Shown: positions 1 through 8,232, counted from the first letter of the stretch. The stretch: DNA of 12,199 nt from Methanobacteriota archaeon (GCA_016207465.1 JACQPP010000065.1:1-12199), one strand, 5' to 3'. The notes: generated by a model not told the origin, from the sequence alone. Numbers and translations are program-made.

Positions 1-291
1 CCCATCGACATGATTGTCGAGCTCCGAAGCCAGCACGAGAAGGGCAACAAATACGCCGGCCTCGACGTGTTCCAGGGCAAGGCCGTGGACATGCTCAAGG
101 CGGGCGTCGTGGAGCCCGTCCGCGTGAAGACCCAGGCCATCAGCAGCGCCACCGAGTCCGCCGTCATGATTCTGCGGATTGACGACGTGATTGCCGCCAA
201 GTCCATGAGCAAGAACGGAGGCAAGGGCGGACCCCCCGGCGGCATGCCCGGCGGGATGGGCGGCATGGGTGGAATGGGCGGAGAATTCTAG
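1..291 (+). CDS. ths: Thermosome (group II chaperonin) subunit, C-terminal fragment (5' end outside window)
   Basis: The reading frame is open from nt 1 and translates to ...[65 protein letters not shown]..., ending in the [17 protein letters not shown] tail typical of archaeal thermosome C-termini. Stop TAG at 289-291. Confidence 0.85.
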   Translation, partial: PIDMIVELRSQHEKGNKYAGLDVFQGKAVDMLKAGVVEPVRVKTQAISSATESAVMILRIDDVIAAKSMSKNGGKGGPPGGMPGGMGGMGGMGGEF

Positions 292-293
292 AG

Positions 294-854
294 TCATCTT
301 CCCACCCCGAACTGCTTCTCCCGCACGTAGACGACGTAGAGGACCACGCAGAATGCCTCCACGGCGCCCCCGGGGGCCTCCGGGAAGTCGAGGCGGGGGT
401 AGGCGGCCTTCCCCATCTCCCTCCCCCTCCCGTCGCGGAACTTGAGCTGGCCGATGCCCACCCCCTCGGCGTAGGCGGCGGGCCGCCTCTCCCCGGCGAG
501 GTAGAGGGCCCACACCCGGTCTGTGGCCGGCAGGAATGGGGCCACGTTGAGGCGGTGGTAGGCGGTCGCCACCCGCCCCCAGCCCCTGCCCTGTCGGACC
601 AGGAAGTCGAGGATGTTCTGGAAGTATCCCTGGAGGAGCCCCTTCTTGCGCTCCCGCAGGACCTGGAGTTCCCCCGGGGGCCCCTGGAGGGTGAAGACCT
701 GCCGGGGCTCCGCCAGCTCCACCTCCACCTCCCACTCCGCCCCTCCCTCCCTCCCGGTGAGGAACTCGTACCGGCCCCGCTCGCGGTCGCTCTGGTGCCA
801 CCGGAACTCGTAGGCGCGGGGGCCCCCGCCGGGGGCCCGGGGATCGAAGGTCAT
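294..854 (-). CDS. Hypothetical protein (186 aa), co-transcribed downstream of cca; function not recognised
   Basis: ORF with ATG start at 852-854 only 3 nt after the cca stop (858-860), suggesting operon coupling. No recognisable catalytic motif. The H-x-T/S-x pair expected for the 2'-5' RNA ligase often found next to cca is absent. Confidence 0.5.
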   Translation of the reverse strand: MTFDPRAPGGGPRAYEFRWHQSDRERGRYEFLTGREGGAEWEVEVELAEPRQVFTLQGPPGELQVLRERKKGLLQGYFQNILDFLVRQGRGWGRVATAYHRLNVAPFLPATDRVWALYLAGERRPAAYAEGVGIGQLKFRDGRGREMGKAAYPRLDFPEAPGGAVEAFCVVLYVVYVREKQFGVGR

Positions 855-857
855 GGG

Positions 858-2297
858 TCAGGGGCTGCCGGAGAGGTAGCGGCGGAGGAAGAGGGCCACC
901 CCGGGCCCCCAGGGGACACGCTCCAGGGGGACCAGCCGCCGGGGACACCGGGCCAGGTCCCGCCCCAATCCACATCGGCCCGCCTCCCCCCGGAGGGCCT
1001 CCTCGGCCCGCGTGTAACGGCGGGGGACCTCGGCCACCCAGCGGCCCTCTTCGATTCGCAGCGGGCGGCCCCGGTGCTTCGCCTGGAACACCCGGCTGTT
1101 CTCGGCATCGGAGACCGGGGGACCCGGGTGGTCCCGGATGGGGGGAAGGCTCCACACCTCGAACTCCAGGAACACATAGGCAGGCTGTCGCCCCACCCCC
1201 GCCCTCCCCAGGGGAGCATCCGTGGGAGGAGCCCCCCCTTCGTCCCCCCCGATGCGCAGGACCCCGCTGCGGTGGACCCGGAACCCCTCCCGCCCGGCCA
1301 TCTCCCGCAGGCTCGCCTCGGCCTTCCGCAGCTGGGGGTAGACGATATCGTCCACCAATTCCCCGGGGACCTGGAACTCCAGGGCCCACACCCGGGTCCC
1401 CCGGGAGCGGAACCGGCGGATGGCATCCCCCCGCAGGAGGGGACGGAGAGCAGGGGGGAAGAAGTGGCGGAGGCCTGGCCTCTCGATGAAGGAGCGGGAG
1501 TGGGCCACGCTGCGGGAGAAGTTCTCGGGGGAGAGGGCCGCGGCCACGTTGCGCCCCGGGTCCACCGGGTCCACGAAGACGAGGGGTTCCCCGCCCGGGC
1601 AGGCCCCCGCCCCGCCGGGGTCAATGCGGACCCCGGGCCTCCACTGGGCCATGGCCTCCACCACGGGGAGGAATCCCCCGTGGTGCAGGACGAGGAGTTC
1701 GCAGAGGTAGCCCGAGAACCCCTGCACCTTCAGCTCGGCCCCGTAGACACCCGCGCTGGAGAGGAACCGCTTCAGGAGGCGCACCTCGTCCTCCCTCCCT
1801 CGGATGCGCTCCTCGAGGTAGCGCTGGTGGAAGGGGGTGCGGTCCACCGCGCTCACCATCCCCCGGGGGTCCTCCACCCGGTAGCAGGGGACCAGGTCCA
1901 CCTGGAAAAGAGGGCCGCAGGATGCCGGTTTACCTCCTTTCCCTTCCGCCAGCTCCGGCTCCGTCACCCAGAGCCGCACGTAGGGGTGCTCCGCATACCG
2001 CGTGGTCCACCGGGGCCCAAGCCGCCGCGCGATGCCCACGGCGGCGGTCTTCATCCTCTCCTTGGTCCAGTCGAGGGGAAAGAGGAGGAAGAGGTCCACG
2101 TCCAGGTCCCCGGGGAGCCAGGTGTCCCGGGCCGAGGAGCCTACCAGCATGGGAGTGGCGGGGAGGCCCCGCGCCCGGCACAACTCCCCGACGCGGGCCA
2201 CCAGGCTCCGGCAGACCCCGGCCAGGGCCCGGGCCTCCCGGGGGGAGGGGCGGACCCGGGGGAGGATTTTCGCCACAATGTCCTGGGAGGTGGCCAT
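858..2297 (-). CDS. cca: CCA-adding tRNA nucleotidyltransferase, archaeal class I
   Basis: 479-aa product with N-terminal MLVGSSARDTWLPGDLDVDLF (the GS...DxD nucleotidyltransferase signature of archaeal class-I CCA enzymes). Overall length and organisation fit the archaeal cca family. Confidence 0.8.
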   Translation of the reverse strand: MATSQDIVAKILPRVRPSPREARALAGVCRSLVARVGELCRARGLPATPMLVGSSARDTWLPGDLDVDLFLLFPLDWTKERMKTAAVGIARRLGPRWTTRYAEHPYVRLWVTEPELAEGKGGKPASCGPLFQVDLVPCYRVEDPRGMVSAVDRTPFHQRYLEERIRGREDEVRLLKRFLSSAGVYGAELKVQGFSGYLCELLVLHHGGFLPVVEAMAQWRPGVRIDPGGAGACPGGEPLVFVDPVDPGRNVAAALSPENFSRSVAHSRSFIERPGLRHFFPPALRPLLRGDAIRRFRSRGTRVWALEFQVPGELVDDIVYPQLRKAEASLREMAGREGFRVHRSGVLRIGGDEGGAPPTDAPLGRAGVGRQPAYVFLEFEVWSLPPIRDHPGPPVSDAENSRVFQAKHRGRPLRIEEGRWVAEVPRRYTRAEEALRGEAGRCGLGRDLARCPRRLVPLERVPWGPGVALFLRRYLSGSP

Positions 2298-2414
2298 GGC
2301 CGAGTAAGGATGGGCGAGGGGGACTAAATGCTTGCTCCTCCTAGGGGTTCCGGGAGGGACGGCTCCCGGATTCGCATGGGAAAATTGAGAGAGCCGACCG
2401 CGTCTTGGAATAGA

Positions 2415-2427
2415 AAGGTTTAAGTTG
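2415..2427 (+). promoter_or_regulatory. AT-rich BRE/TATA-like element (aaaggtttaagtt) about 30-40 bp upstream of the AbrB-like gene start
   Basis: Only AT-rich island in an otherwise GC-rich spacer. Its spacing to the ATG at 2457 fits a leaderless or very short-leader archaeal transcript. Confidence 0.4.
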
Positions 2428-2433
2428 ATTTTT

Positions 2434-2445
2434 CTGATTAATCAG
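2434..2445. promoter_or_regulatory. Perfect 12-bp palindrome ctgattaatcag between the TATA-like box and the start codon, candidate operator
   Basis: The sequence is its own reverse complement and overlaps the predicted transcription start region of the downstream AbrB/SpoVT-family regulator gene. Confidence 0.45.
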
Positions 2446-2456
2446 TAACTGCTGAT

Positions 2457-2729
2457 ATGGGAATGCCGAAGCGCTCCCGCCGCCCAACGGGGAAACCGGG
2501 TCTCGGGGGCATGCGCGTCGAAGCCGTCGTCTCTGTGGACGAGCGGGGCCAACTGGTCCTTCCCGCCGCCCTCCGGAGCGGGATGGGAATCCGGGCCGGG
2601 GACAAATTCGCGGTCGTCACCCACCAGATGGGGAGCAGGACCGCCGGCATCACTCTCTTGAAGGTGGAGGACCTCGCAGCGGCGCTGAAGGAGCACCTCG
2701 GACCCATGTTCGAGCACTTGGTGAAATAG
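2457..2729 (+). CDS. AbrB/SpoVT/MazE-family (swapped-hairpin) DNA-binding protein
   Basis: VVSVDERGQLVLPAALRSGMGIRAGDKFAV matches the SpoVT/AbrB looped-hinge-helix domain consensus. An alternative in-frame start at ATG 2511 (MRVEAVVSVDERG...) is preceded by a ggggg run. Confidence 0.65.
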   Translation: MGMPKRSRRPTGKPGLGGMRVEAVVSVDERGQLVLPAALRSGMGIRAGDKFAVVTHQMGSRTAGITLLKVEDLAAALKEHLGPMFEHLVK

Positions 2730-2731
2730 AG

Positions 2732-2890
2732 ATGGACATGCCCCTGGCCGACCCGCCTCCCTACCCCGGCACCCCGCGCTGGGTGAGGGCATTCGTCGCC
2801 ATTGGCATTATTCTGGCCCTGTTGGTCGCCATCGCGCTCCTCACCGGCCTCGGCGGTCCCCACGGCCCCGGCCGCCACCTGCCTCCGTAG
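2732..2890 (+). CDS. Small single-pass membrane peptide (52 aa), hand-translated; not in ORF track
   Basis: ATG 2732 to TAG 2888-2890 gives MDMPLADPPPYPGTPRWVRAFVAIGIILALLVAIALLTGLGGPHGPGRHLPP, with one clear hydrophobic helix. It sits 2 nt after the AbrB-like stop and 20 nt before the next membrane protein gene. Confidence 0.35.
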   Translation: MDMPLADPPPYPGTPRWVRAFVAIGIILALLVAIALLTGLGGPHGPGRHLPP

Positions 2891-2909
2891 AACATGAGAT
2901 GCAACCGCC

Positions 2910-3434
2910 ATGACCCTGACCCCCGGCCTCCGCAAGTTCGCACTCACCGTCCACATCACGTTCGCTATCGGCTGGGTGGGCGCCGTCGTCGCGTACCTGC
3001 CCCTAGCCGCCGCCCCGTTGACCGCCCGGGACCCCCAGACGGTGCGCGCCGCATGGATTGCGATGGAACTCGTCGGCTGGTACGCCATCGTCCCCCTGGC
3101 CCTCGCCTCGCTCGCCACTGGGCTCGTCATGGGCCTGGGCACCAAATGGGGCGTGTTCCGGCACTACTGGGTCCTCTTCTCGCTCCTCCTGACCGGCCTT
3201 GCCACCGCCATCTTGCTCCTGCATATGCGGGACGTGAGCGCCATCGCGGGCGTGGCGAGGGAGGCAGACGGTGCCAGTATCGGTCGGCTCGGGGGCGACC
3301 TCCCCCACGCGGTCGGCGCCCTCGCGGTGCTGCTCATCATCCTAGCGCTGAACGTGGTCAAGCCCCAGGGCATGACCCGGTACGGGTGGCGCAAGCAACA
3401 CGAGACGCACATCTCCCAGGGCTCCGAAAACTGA
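2910..3434 (+). CDS. Four-TM integral membrane protein (DUF2269-like)
   Basis: 174-aa product with four clear hydrophobic helices (e.g. ITFAIGWVGAVVAYLPLAAA, WYAIVPLALASLATGLVMGL, YWVLFSLLLTGLATAILLL, AVGALAVLLIILALNVV). Preferred over the overlapping 991-aa low-complexity ORF in another frame. Confidence 0.6.
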   Translation: MTLTPGLRKFALTVHITFAIGWVGAVVAYLPLAAAPLTARDPQTVRAAWIAMELVGWYAIVPLALASLATGLVMGLGTKWGVFRHYWVLFSLLLTGLATAILLLHMRDVSAIAGVAREADGASIGRLGGDLPHAVGALAVLLIILALNVVKPQGMTRYGWRKQHETHISQGSEN

Positions 3435-3445
3435 CGTTTCTACAT

Positions 3446-5398
3446 TTACATAAATTTAGGTCGTACACTCAATCTCCCCGCCAGCGGCAGGGGCCTCTGG
3501 GGCATCCCCCTGGTCTTCTCCTCCAGCACCTTGCGCAACTCTTCGAGGGTCATCTTCCGGTTTGTCGTCTTCTTGGTGGTGGACTCCTCCCGGAGTGTGA
3601 CCATCAGGTTTCCCTCTTGGACCTCCTTGTCCCCGATGACGGCGATGCAGGGGACCCACTCCATGGCGGCGTCCCGCACCTTCTTCTGGACGGTCTCCTC
3701 GCGGTCGTCCATGTCCACCCTGTATCCGGCGAGACCATCCATTGTTTTTTGGGCATGAGGGGTGTGGGCCCCGGCGACGGGGATGAGGCGGACCTGGGTG
3801 GGGGAGAGCCACACGGGGAGCATCGGGGCCTTGTTCTTGGGGGGCTGGCTGTCCATCCACGCCTTTTCGAGGAGGGCGTAGATGGCGCGCTCCACGGCGC
3901 CGCTGGGGGAGCAGTGGAGGATGACGGGGGAGCGCTCCTTTCCCTCCGCGTCGGTGTATTTGATGCCGTAGCGCTCGGCGTTCTCCACGTCAATCTGGAC
4001 TGTGGCCAGGGCGCTGGCCTTGTCGAGGGCGTCCACGAAGTTGAACTCGAACTTGACCACGAAGTAGAAGAAGCGCTCCTGCCACTCCTCGGTGAGCACG
4101 GGCTTCTGGAGTTCGGCCACCAGGTCCCGGAGGAGGCTGGGGTTCTGGTCGGCGAACTCGCGGGTGAAGCGGAGGCCCACCTCGTAGTCCCCCGGCTCGA
4201 TGCCGATGTGGCGGAGGACGTCTATGGCGAGCCGGTATTGCTGGCGGAACTCCTCCAGGGCCTGGGTCATGTCGGCGCAGAAGGTGTGCATGTCGGGCAT
4301 GGTGAAGGCGCGGAGGCGCCGGAGGCCCGCGAGTTCGCCGGACTGCTCGCGGCGGAAACTGTAGCGGGTCATCTCGAACATGCGGAGGGGGAGGTTCCGG
4401 TAGGAGACCACCATGTCCTTCCCCATGAGGAACTGGCCGAAGCAGGCCGCGAACCGGAGGAAGAGGTCGCGCTTGTCGGACTCCACGTTGTACTGGCGGG
4501 CGGGGAAGCGGTCGAGGTAGGAGCGCAGGGTGGGGTGGTTCACGTCGTACATCAGCGGGGTCTCCACCTCCAGGGCCCCGTAGGCGGACATCCGCTGGCC
4601 AATGTAGGCCTCCAGGAGGGCCTTCACCAGCCTCCCCTTGGGGTAGTAGCGGAGGTTCCCCGGGTCGCTCCCCGGCTCGTGGTCCACCATCTGGAGCCGC
4701 CGCATGATTTCGACATGAGGTGGGGGCTGCTCCACCGCGCGGCTCTTCGCCATCTCGTACTGCACGAACTTCCCCAGCCCCGGGTGCTCCTTGTAAGAGA
4801 ACTTCCCCGGGTCGTGGCGCTTCCCCCGGGTGTCCAGGATTTGGAGGGTGGAGCGGAGCTTCTGCTCCCGGGCCAGGGCCTCGGACTCGGCGATGACCTT
4901 GGCGGGGGCCAGGGGAGCCCCGGGGGTCCCGCCGGGGCGAATCGAACGGGAGAGTTCGGCGAGGGGATGGCCCTTGCACCGCATCTCGAAGCTCTTGTAC
5001 CAGCCGAAGGGGACCCGATGGACCTCCCAACTGCGTTGGGAATCCCCCGGCTTCTGGGAAACCCGGGGGACCTCCGTGTCCCCCTGGAGTTCGGACTCCA
5101 GGGTCTTGAGGATGCGGATGGCGGCCTCGGGGCGGGCGAGGTCGCTGCTGAGGTGGGCGTAGGGGTAGAGGACCAGCCGGGGGGCCTTCACCTGGCGGGC
5201 CACGTCCCGGATGGCCTCGGCGGCCTGCTTCACGGTCTCGGCCTCCCGGCTCTCGTCGGGCCTCTCGATGGCGGTGAAAGCGATGAGGGGCTCCTCGATG
5301 CGGGCCCCCCTCCGGGAGTCCTCGATTTTCTCCGCCATCTTGGTGGCGCGCTCCACCCGGTACTGGAGGAAGTCGGAGTGGACCAGGAGTATCTGCAT
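3446..5398 (-). CDS. thrS: Threonyl-tRNA synthetase, archaeal type with N-terminal editing domain
   Basis: 650-aa product starts MQILLVHSDFLQYRVE... (archaeal ThrRS editing domain) and carries class-II motifs (FRREQSGELAGLRRLRAFTMPDMHTF, zinc-binding catalytic core). Convergent with the upstream membrane protein gene. Confidence 0.9.
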   Translation of the reverse strand: MQILLVHSDFLQYRVERATKMAEKIEDSRRGARIEEPLIAFTAIERPDESREAETVKQAAEAIRDVARQVKAPRLVLYPYAHLSSDLARPEAAIRILKTLESELQGDTEVPRVSQKPGDSQRSWEVHRVPFGWYKSFEMRCKGHPLAELSRSIRPGGTPGAPLAPAKVIAESEALAREQKLRSTLQILDTRGKRHDPGKFSYKEHPGLGKFVQYEMAKSRAVEQPPPHVEIMRRLQMVDHEPGSDPGNLRYYPKGRLVKALLEAYIGQRMSAYGALEVETPLMYDVNHPTLRSYLDRFPARQYNVESDKRDLFLRFAACFGQFLMGKDMVVSYRNLPLRMFEMTRYSFRREQSGELAGLRRLRAFTMPDMHTFCADMTQALEEFRQQYRLAIDVLRHIGIEPGDYEVGLRFTREFADQNPSLLRDLVAELQKPVLTEEWQERFFYFVVKFEFNFVDALDKASALATVQIDVENAERYGIKYTDAEGKERSPVILHCSPSGAVERAIYALLEKAWMDSQPPKNKAPMLPVWLSPTQVRLIPVAGAHTPHAQKTMDGLAGYRVDMDDREETVQKKVRDAAMEWVPCIAVIGDKEVQEGNLMVTLREESTTKKTTNRKMTLEELRKVLEEKTRGMPQRPLPLAGRLSVRPKFM

Positions 5399-5443
5399 GG
5401 GCTCCCCGCTGGCATCGCACGCGAGAAGAAAAGAAAAACTCTT

Positions 5444-6016
5444 CTATGCGCCCCGAGGGCGCTGTCTGCCGGTTTTCGCCCTCTTGCGCCGGGGGACCTC
5501 GACCCCCTCCAGTTGGAGGAGCCTCCGCTTGTAGCGGAGGCCGACTTCCGACTTCGTCGAAAGTCGGGCGGCTCCGCCTGCACCATCACTTGGACCCGCC
5601 CGACAGGAAAATCCCCCGAGGCCACGGGAGGCCACCACCCGGTGGCAGGGGATGAGGAGGGGGACCGGGTTCCTGGAGAGGGCCTGTCCCACGGCCCGGG
5701 CGGCCCCGGGGCGGCCGATACGGCGGGCCACCTCCCCGTAGGTGAGGACCCTCCCCGGGGGAATGCGGGCGGTCTCCCGGAGCACGCTCCGCTGGAAGGG
5801 GGTCAGAGGGGAGAGGTCCGGCTTCCATCTCCGGTGGAAGTCCCCCGGCTTCTGCGGAACCCGAGATAGCTTCCACGGGCCCGGAACCCTCCCTCCATGG
5901 AGGGAGCGGCGGAGGTCCCCCAGCAGGGGGTGTCCGGCCCCGGGGGCGCGGGGGCCCCCCAGGACAATCCTCCGGACCCGGCGGCCCTCCACCTCCACCG
6001 TGACCCGGCATCCCAA
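5444..6016 (-). CDS. ogt: Methylated-DNA-protein-cysteine S-methyltransferase (Ogt/MGMT)
   Basis: C-terminal domain TPFQRSVLRETARIPPGRVLTYGEVARRIGRPGAARAVGQALSRNPVPLLIPCHRVV with PCHRV active-site cysteine. There is no in-frame ATG; the likely start is TTG at 6014-6016 (product MGCRVTVEVEGRRV...), 23 nt after the UbiA stop. Start codon uncertain. Confidence 0.75.
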   Translation of the reverse strand: MGCRVTVEVEGRRVRRIVLGGPRAPGAGHPLLGDLRRSLHGGRVPGPWKLSRVPQKPGDFHRRWKPDLSPLTPFQRSVLRETARIPPGRVLTYGEVARRIGRPGAARAVGQALSRNPVPLLIPCHRVVASRGLGGFSCRAGPSDGAGGAARLSTKSEVGLRYKRRLLQLEGVEVPRRKRAKTGRQRPRGA

Positions 6017-6039
6017 CTCGGGGAGATATGCGGATGATT

Positions 6040-6921
6040 TCACCGGAGGAGGACCCCGAGGAGGAGGGCGAGGAGGACCAGCCCCATGCCGAGGGAGATG
6101 GCCTTGCGTCCCTCGCTGGGGGGCCGGGTGTAGGAGGCGAGGAAGAAGAAGTCGGCCGCGGCCACCACCGGATAATAGACCCAGTGGAGGTCCCACAGGC
6201 CAGGGAGGGGGCTGAGGGCCACCGCCCCGAGGGTGGTGGCGATGGCGAGATTACGGGAGGGCGCGGGTCCCCAGGCGAGGGGGAGGGTGCGGGCCCCCGC
6301 CTTGGAGTCACCGGGGATGTCCTCGATGTCCTTCACCACCTCCAGGGAGAAGCCCACCAGGAAGGCGCAGAGGGTCACAACCAGCAGGTCGGGGGCCAGG
6401 GCCCTCTCCAGCCCCCCGGGGAGCAGGGCGATGCCCAGGCCGGCGAGGGCCCCATAGGGAAACACCGATGCCACCAAGTAGGCCACCGTGACGTTGGAGG
6501 TCCCCAGCATCCGCTTGGATGCCCGGGCGTAGTAGGCCAGGAGGAGGGCGTTGAGGAGCGCCATGAGCAGGGTCCACAGGTTGACCGCCGAGAGGAGCAG
6601 CCCCACTCCGAACATGGCATGGGCCTCCCGGCGGGCCCGAGGGAGGCCCACCCGCCCCGAGGGGATGACCCGCTCGGGCTTGTTGACCCGGTCCACGTCC
6701 ACATCGTAGACGTCGTTGAGGGCGTTGCCCGCCCCGGTGATGAGGCTGGCCCCCAGGGCCGCCAGATAGACCGCGGGTGAGCGGGGGACGCCCCCGTGGG
6801 CCAGGGCGGCCCCCAGGAGGACCCCCCCGAAGACCACCCCGCAGTTCCAGGAGCGGGTCAACTCGAGCCGGGCCCGCAGCCCCCCGCCCCCCGACACCCG
6901 ATGGGTGGAATCCGACGACAC
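6040..6921 (-). CDS. UbiA-family prenyltransferase, resembling digeranylgeranylglyceryl phosphate (DGGGP) synthase
   Basis: Multi-TM product with Asp-rich motif NALNDVYDVDVDRVNKPERVIPSGRV typical of UbiA prenyltransferases and archaeal DGGGP synthases. Start is GTG at 6919-6921. Confidence 0.75.
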   Translation of the reverse strand: MSSDSTHRVSGGGGLRARLELTRSWNCGVVFGGVLLGAALAHGGVPRSPAVYLAALGASLITGAGNALNDVYDVDVDRVNKPERVIPSGRVGLPRARREAHAMFGVGLLLSAVNLWTLLMALLNALLLAYYARASKRMLGTSNVTVAYLVASVFPYGALAGLGIALLPGGLERALAPDLLVVTLCAFLVGFSLEVVKDIEDIPGDSKAGARTLPLAWGPAPSRNLAIATTLGAVALSPLPGLWDLHWVYYPVVAAADFFFLASYTRPPSEGRKAISLGMGLVLLALLLGVLLR

Positions 6922-6950
6922 AGGGACACCGATAACGAGAGCAACGAAAG

Positions 6951-6960
6951 TATTAATAAA
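6951..6960 (+). promoter_or_regulatory. TATA box-like element tattaataaa (with upstream cgaaag BRE-like) for mat; divergent intergenic region shared with the UbiA gene
   Basis: Strongly AT-rich decamer 27-36 bp upstream of ATG 6987 in a 65-bp divergent spacer, implying a leaderless or near-leaderless transcript. Confidence 0.5.
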
Positions 6961-6986
6961 GGTAGGATAAAGGTAGCCAAACCCGT

Positions 6987-8195
6987 ATGCGCGTCCCCGT
7001 GGAGGTCCACCAGGGCAAGGGCACCCTCGTGGAGCGCCTGCCCATCGAAATCGTGGAGAGGAAGGGCCAGGGGCACCCCGACACCCTCTGCGACATGGCC
7101 TCCGAGGAGTTGAGCATCGCCCTCAGCGAGTACTACCTGGAGAACTTCGGCCGGGTCCTTCACCACAACGTGGACAAGTGCGTCCTGGTGGGGGGACAGA
7201 GCAACGCCCGGTTCGGCGGGGGGGAAATCCTCGATCCCATCTACCTGATGCTGGTGGGGAGGGCCACCCGCGACATCGAGCAGAAGGGCAAGAGGTTCCG
7301 GGTCCCCATCGGGAGGTTCGCCGTGGAGGGGACCAAGCACTGGTTCAAGAAGTCCCTCCGCTGCCTGGACCCCGAGAAGCACCTCATCGTGGACTACCGC
7401 ATCCACCCGGGGAGCGTGGACCTGGTGGGAACATTCCAGGAGGCCGAGGACATCCCCCGGGCCAACGACACCTCCTTCGGCGTGGCCTTCGCCCCCCTCT
7501 CCGAGACCGAGCGGCTGGTCTACGACACCGAGCGGCTCCTCAACTCCCCCGCGGTGAAGAAGCGGCTCCCCGCCGTGGGAGAGGACATCAAGGTCATGGG
7601 GGTCCGCAACCGGGACAAAATCGGCCTCACCGTGGCCTGCGCCATGATCTCCGGGGAAATCGACGACGCCGGCGACTACATGGACATCAAGAAGAAAATG
7701 GAGGAGCTGGTCCTCCAGCAGGCGGCCAAGAAGACCCGCCGCGAGACCCGGGTCCAGGTGAACACCGCCGACAACCCCAAGGGGGGCCGCTACTACCTCA
7801 CCGTCACCGGCACCAGCGCCGAGCACGGCGACGACGGCCAGGTGGGCCGGGGCAACCGGGCCAACGGCCTCATCACCCCCTACCGCCCCATGACCCTGGA
7901 GGCCACCGCGGGGAAGAACCCGGTGAGCCACGTGGGCAAAATCTACAACGTCACCGCCCGCCAGATTCTCGACCGCCTCGTCCAGGAGGAGCCCTCCATC
8001 CAGCAGTCCTCCTGCTACCTGGTCTCCCAAATCGGGGCCCCCATCAACGAGCCCCAGGCCCTCAACATCGAAGTGCACGCGGATGGAGGACTCCGGAACA
8101 TCGCCCACACCGCCGAGGCCATCGCCCAGGATGTCCTCGAGAAGATGCCCAAGGCCTGGCGGGGGTTCCTGGAGCGCCGATACCCCCTGTTCTGA
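6987..8195 (+). CDS. mat: S-adenosylmethionine synthetase, archaeal type
   Basis: 402-aa product with KGQGHPDTLCDMASEE and the overall archaeal MAT fold signature. Its length matches archaeal MAT, which is distinct from bacterial MetK. Confidence 0.9.
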   Translation: MRVPVEVHQGKGTLVERLPIEIVERKGQGHPDTLCDMASEELSIALSEYYLENFGRVLHHNVDKCVLVGGQSNARFGGGEILDPIYLMLVGRATRDIEQKGKRFRVPIGRFAVEGTKHWFKKSLRCLDPEKHLIVDYRIHPGSVDLVGTFQEAEDIPRANDTSFGVAFAPLSETERLVYDTERLLNSPAVKKRLPAVGEDIKVMGVRNRDKIGLTVACAMISGEIDDAGDYMDIKKKMEELVLQQAAKKTRRETRVQVNTADNPKGGRYYLTVTGTSAEHGDDGQVGRGNRANGLITPYRPMTLEATAGKNPVSHVGKIYNVTARQILDRLVQEEPSIQQSSCYLVSQIGAPINEPQALNIEVHADGGLRNIAHTAEAIAQDVLEKMPKAWRGFLERRYPLF

Positions 8196-8202
8196 AAGAA
8201 CA

Positions 8203-8230
8203 GGCCCGCTACGCGGGCCCGTGGAATTTT
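8203..8230 (+). terminator. Hairpin ggcccgc-tac-gcgggcc followed by T-run (gtggaatttt), candidate mat terminator
   Basis: Perfect 7-bp GC stem with 3-nt loop at 8203-8219, 8 nt after the mat stop, then an oligo-T tract at 8227-8230. Confidence 0.45.
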
Positions 8231-8232
8231 GG

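Noticed and set aside
284-295. Adjacent EcoRI (gaattc) and XbaI (tctaga) sites resembling a cloning polylinker at the thermosome stop
   Set aside because: Arises naturally from codons Glu-Phe-stop (gaa ttc tag) followed by the convergent gene's stop. There is no vector-like sequence on either side.
294-854. Possibility that the 186-aa protein downstream of cca is 2'-5' RNA ligase (LigT/ThpR)
   Set aside because: No pair of H-x-[TS]-x motifs is present (only WHQSD and YHRLN), so the 2H phosphoesterase assignment is unsupported by sequence.
555-2327. 590-aa plus-strand ORF antisense to cca, plus other long antisense or alternate-frame ORFs (2894-5869 +, 3990-5420 -, 6858-8294 -, 7178-8995 +, 8298-9266 -, 9207-10523 +, 10284-11672 -, 10217-11032 -, 11557-12135 -)
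   Set aside because: Their products are Pro/Gly/Arg/Ala-rich low-complexity strings with no domain signatures. Each overlaps a gene with a clear conserved-domain translation on the other strand or frame. Such long open frames are expected by chance in very G+C-rich DNA because stop codons are AT-rich.
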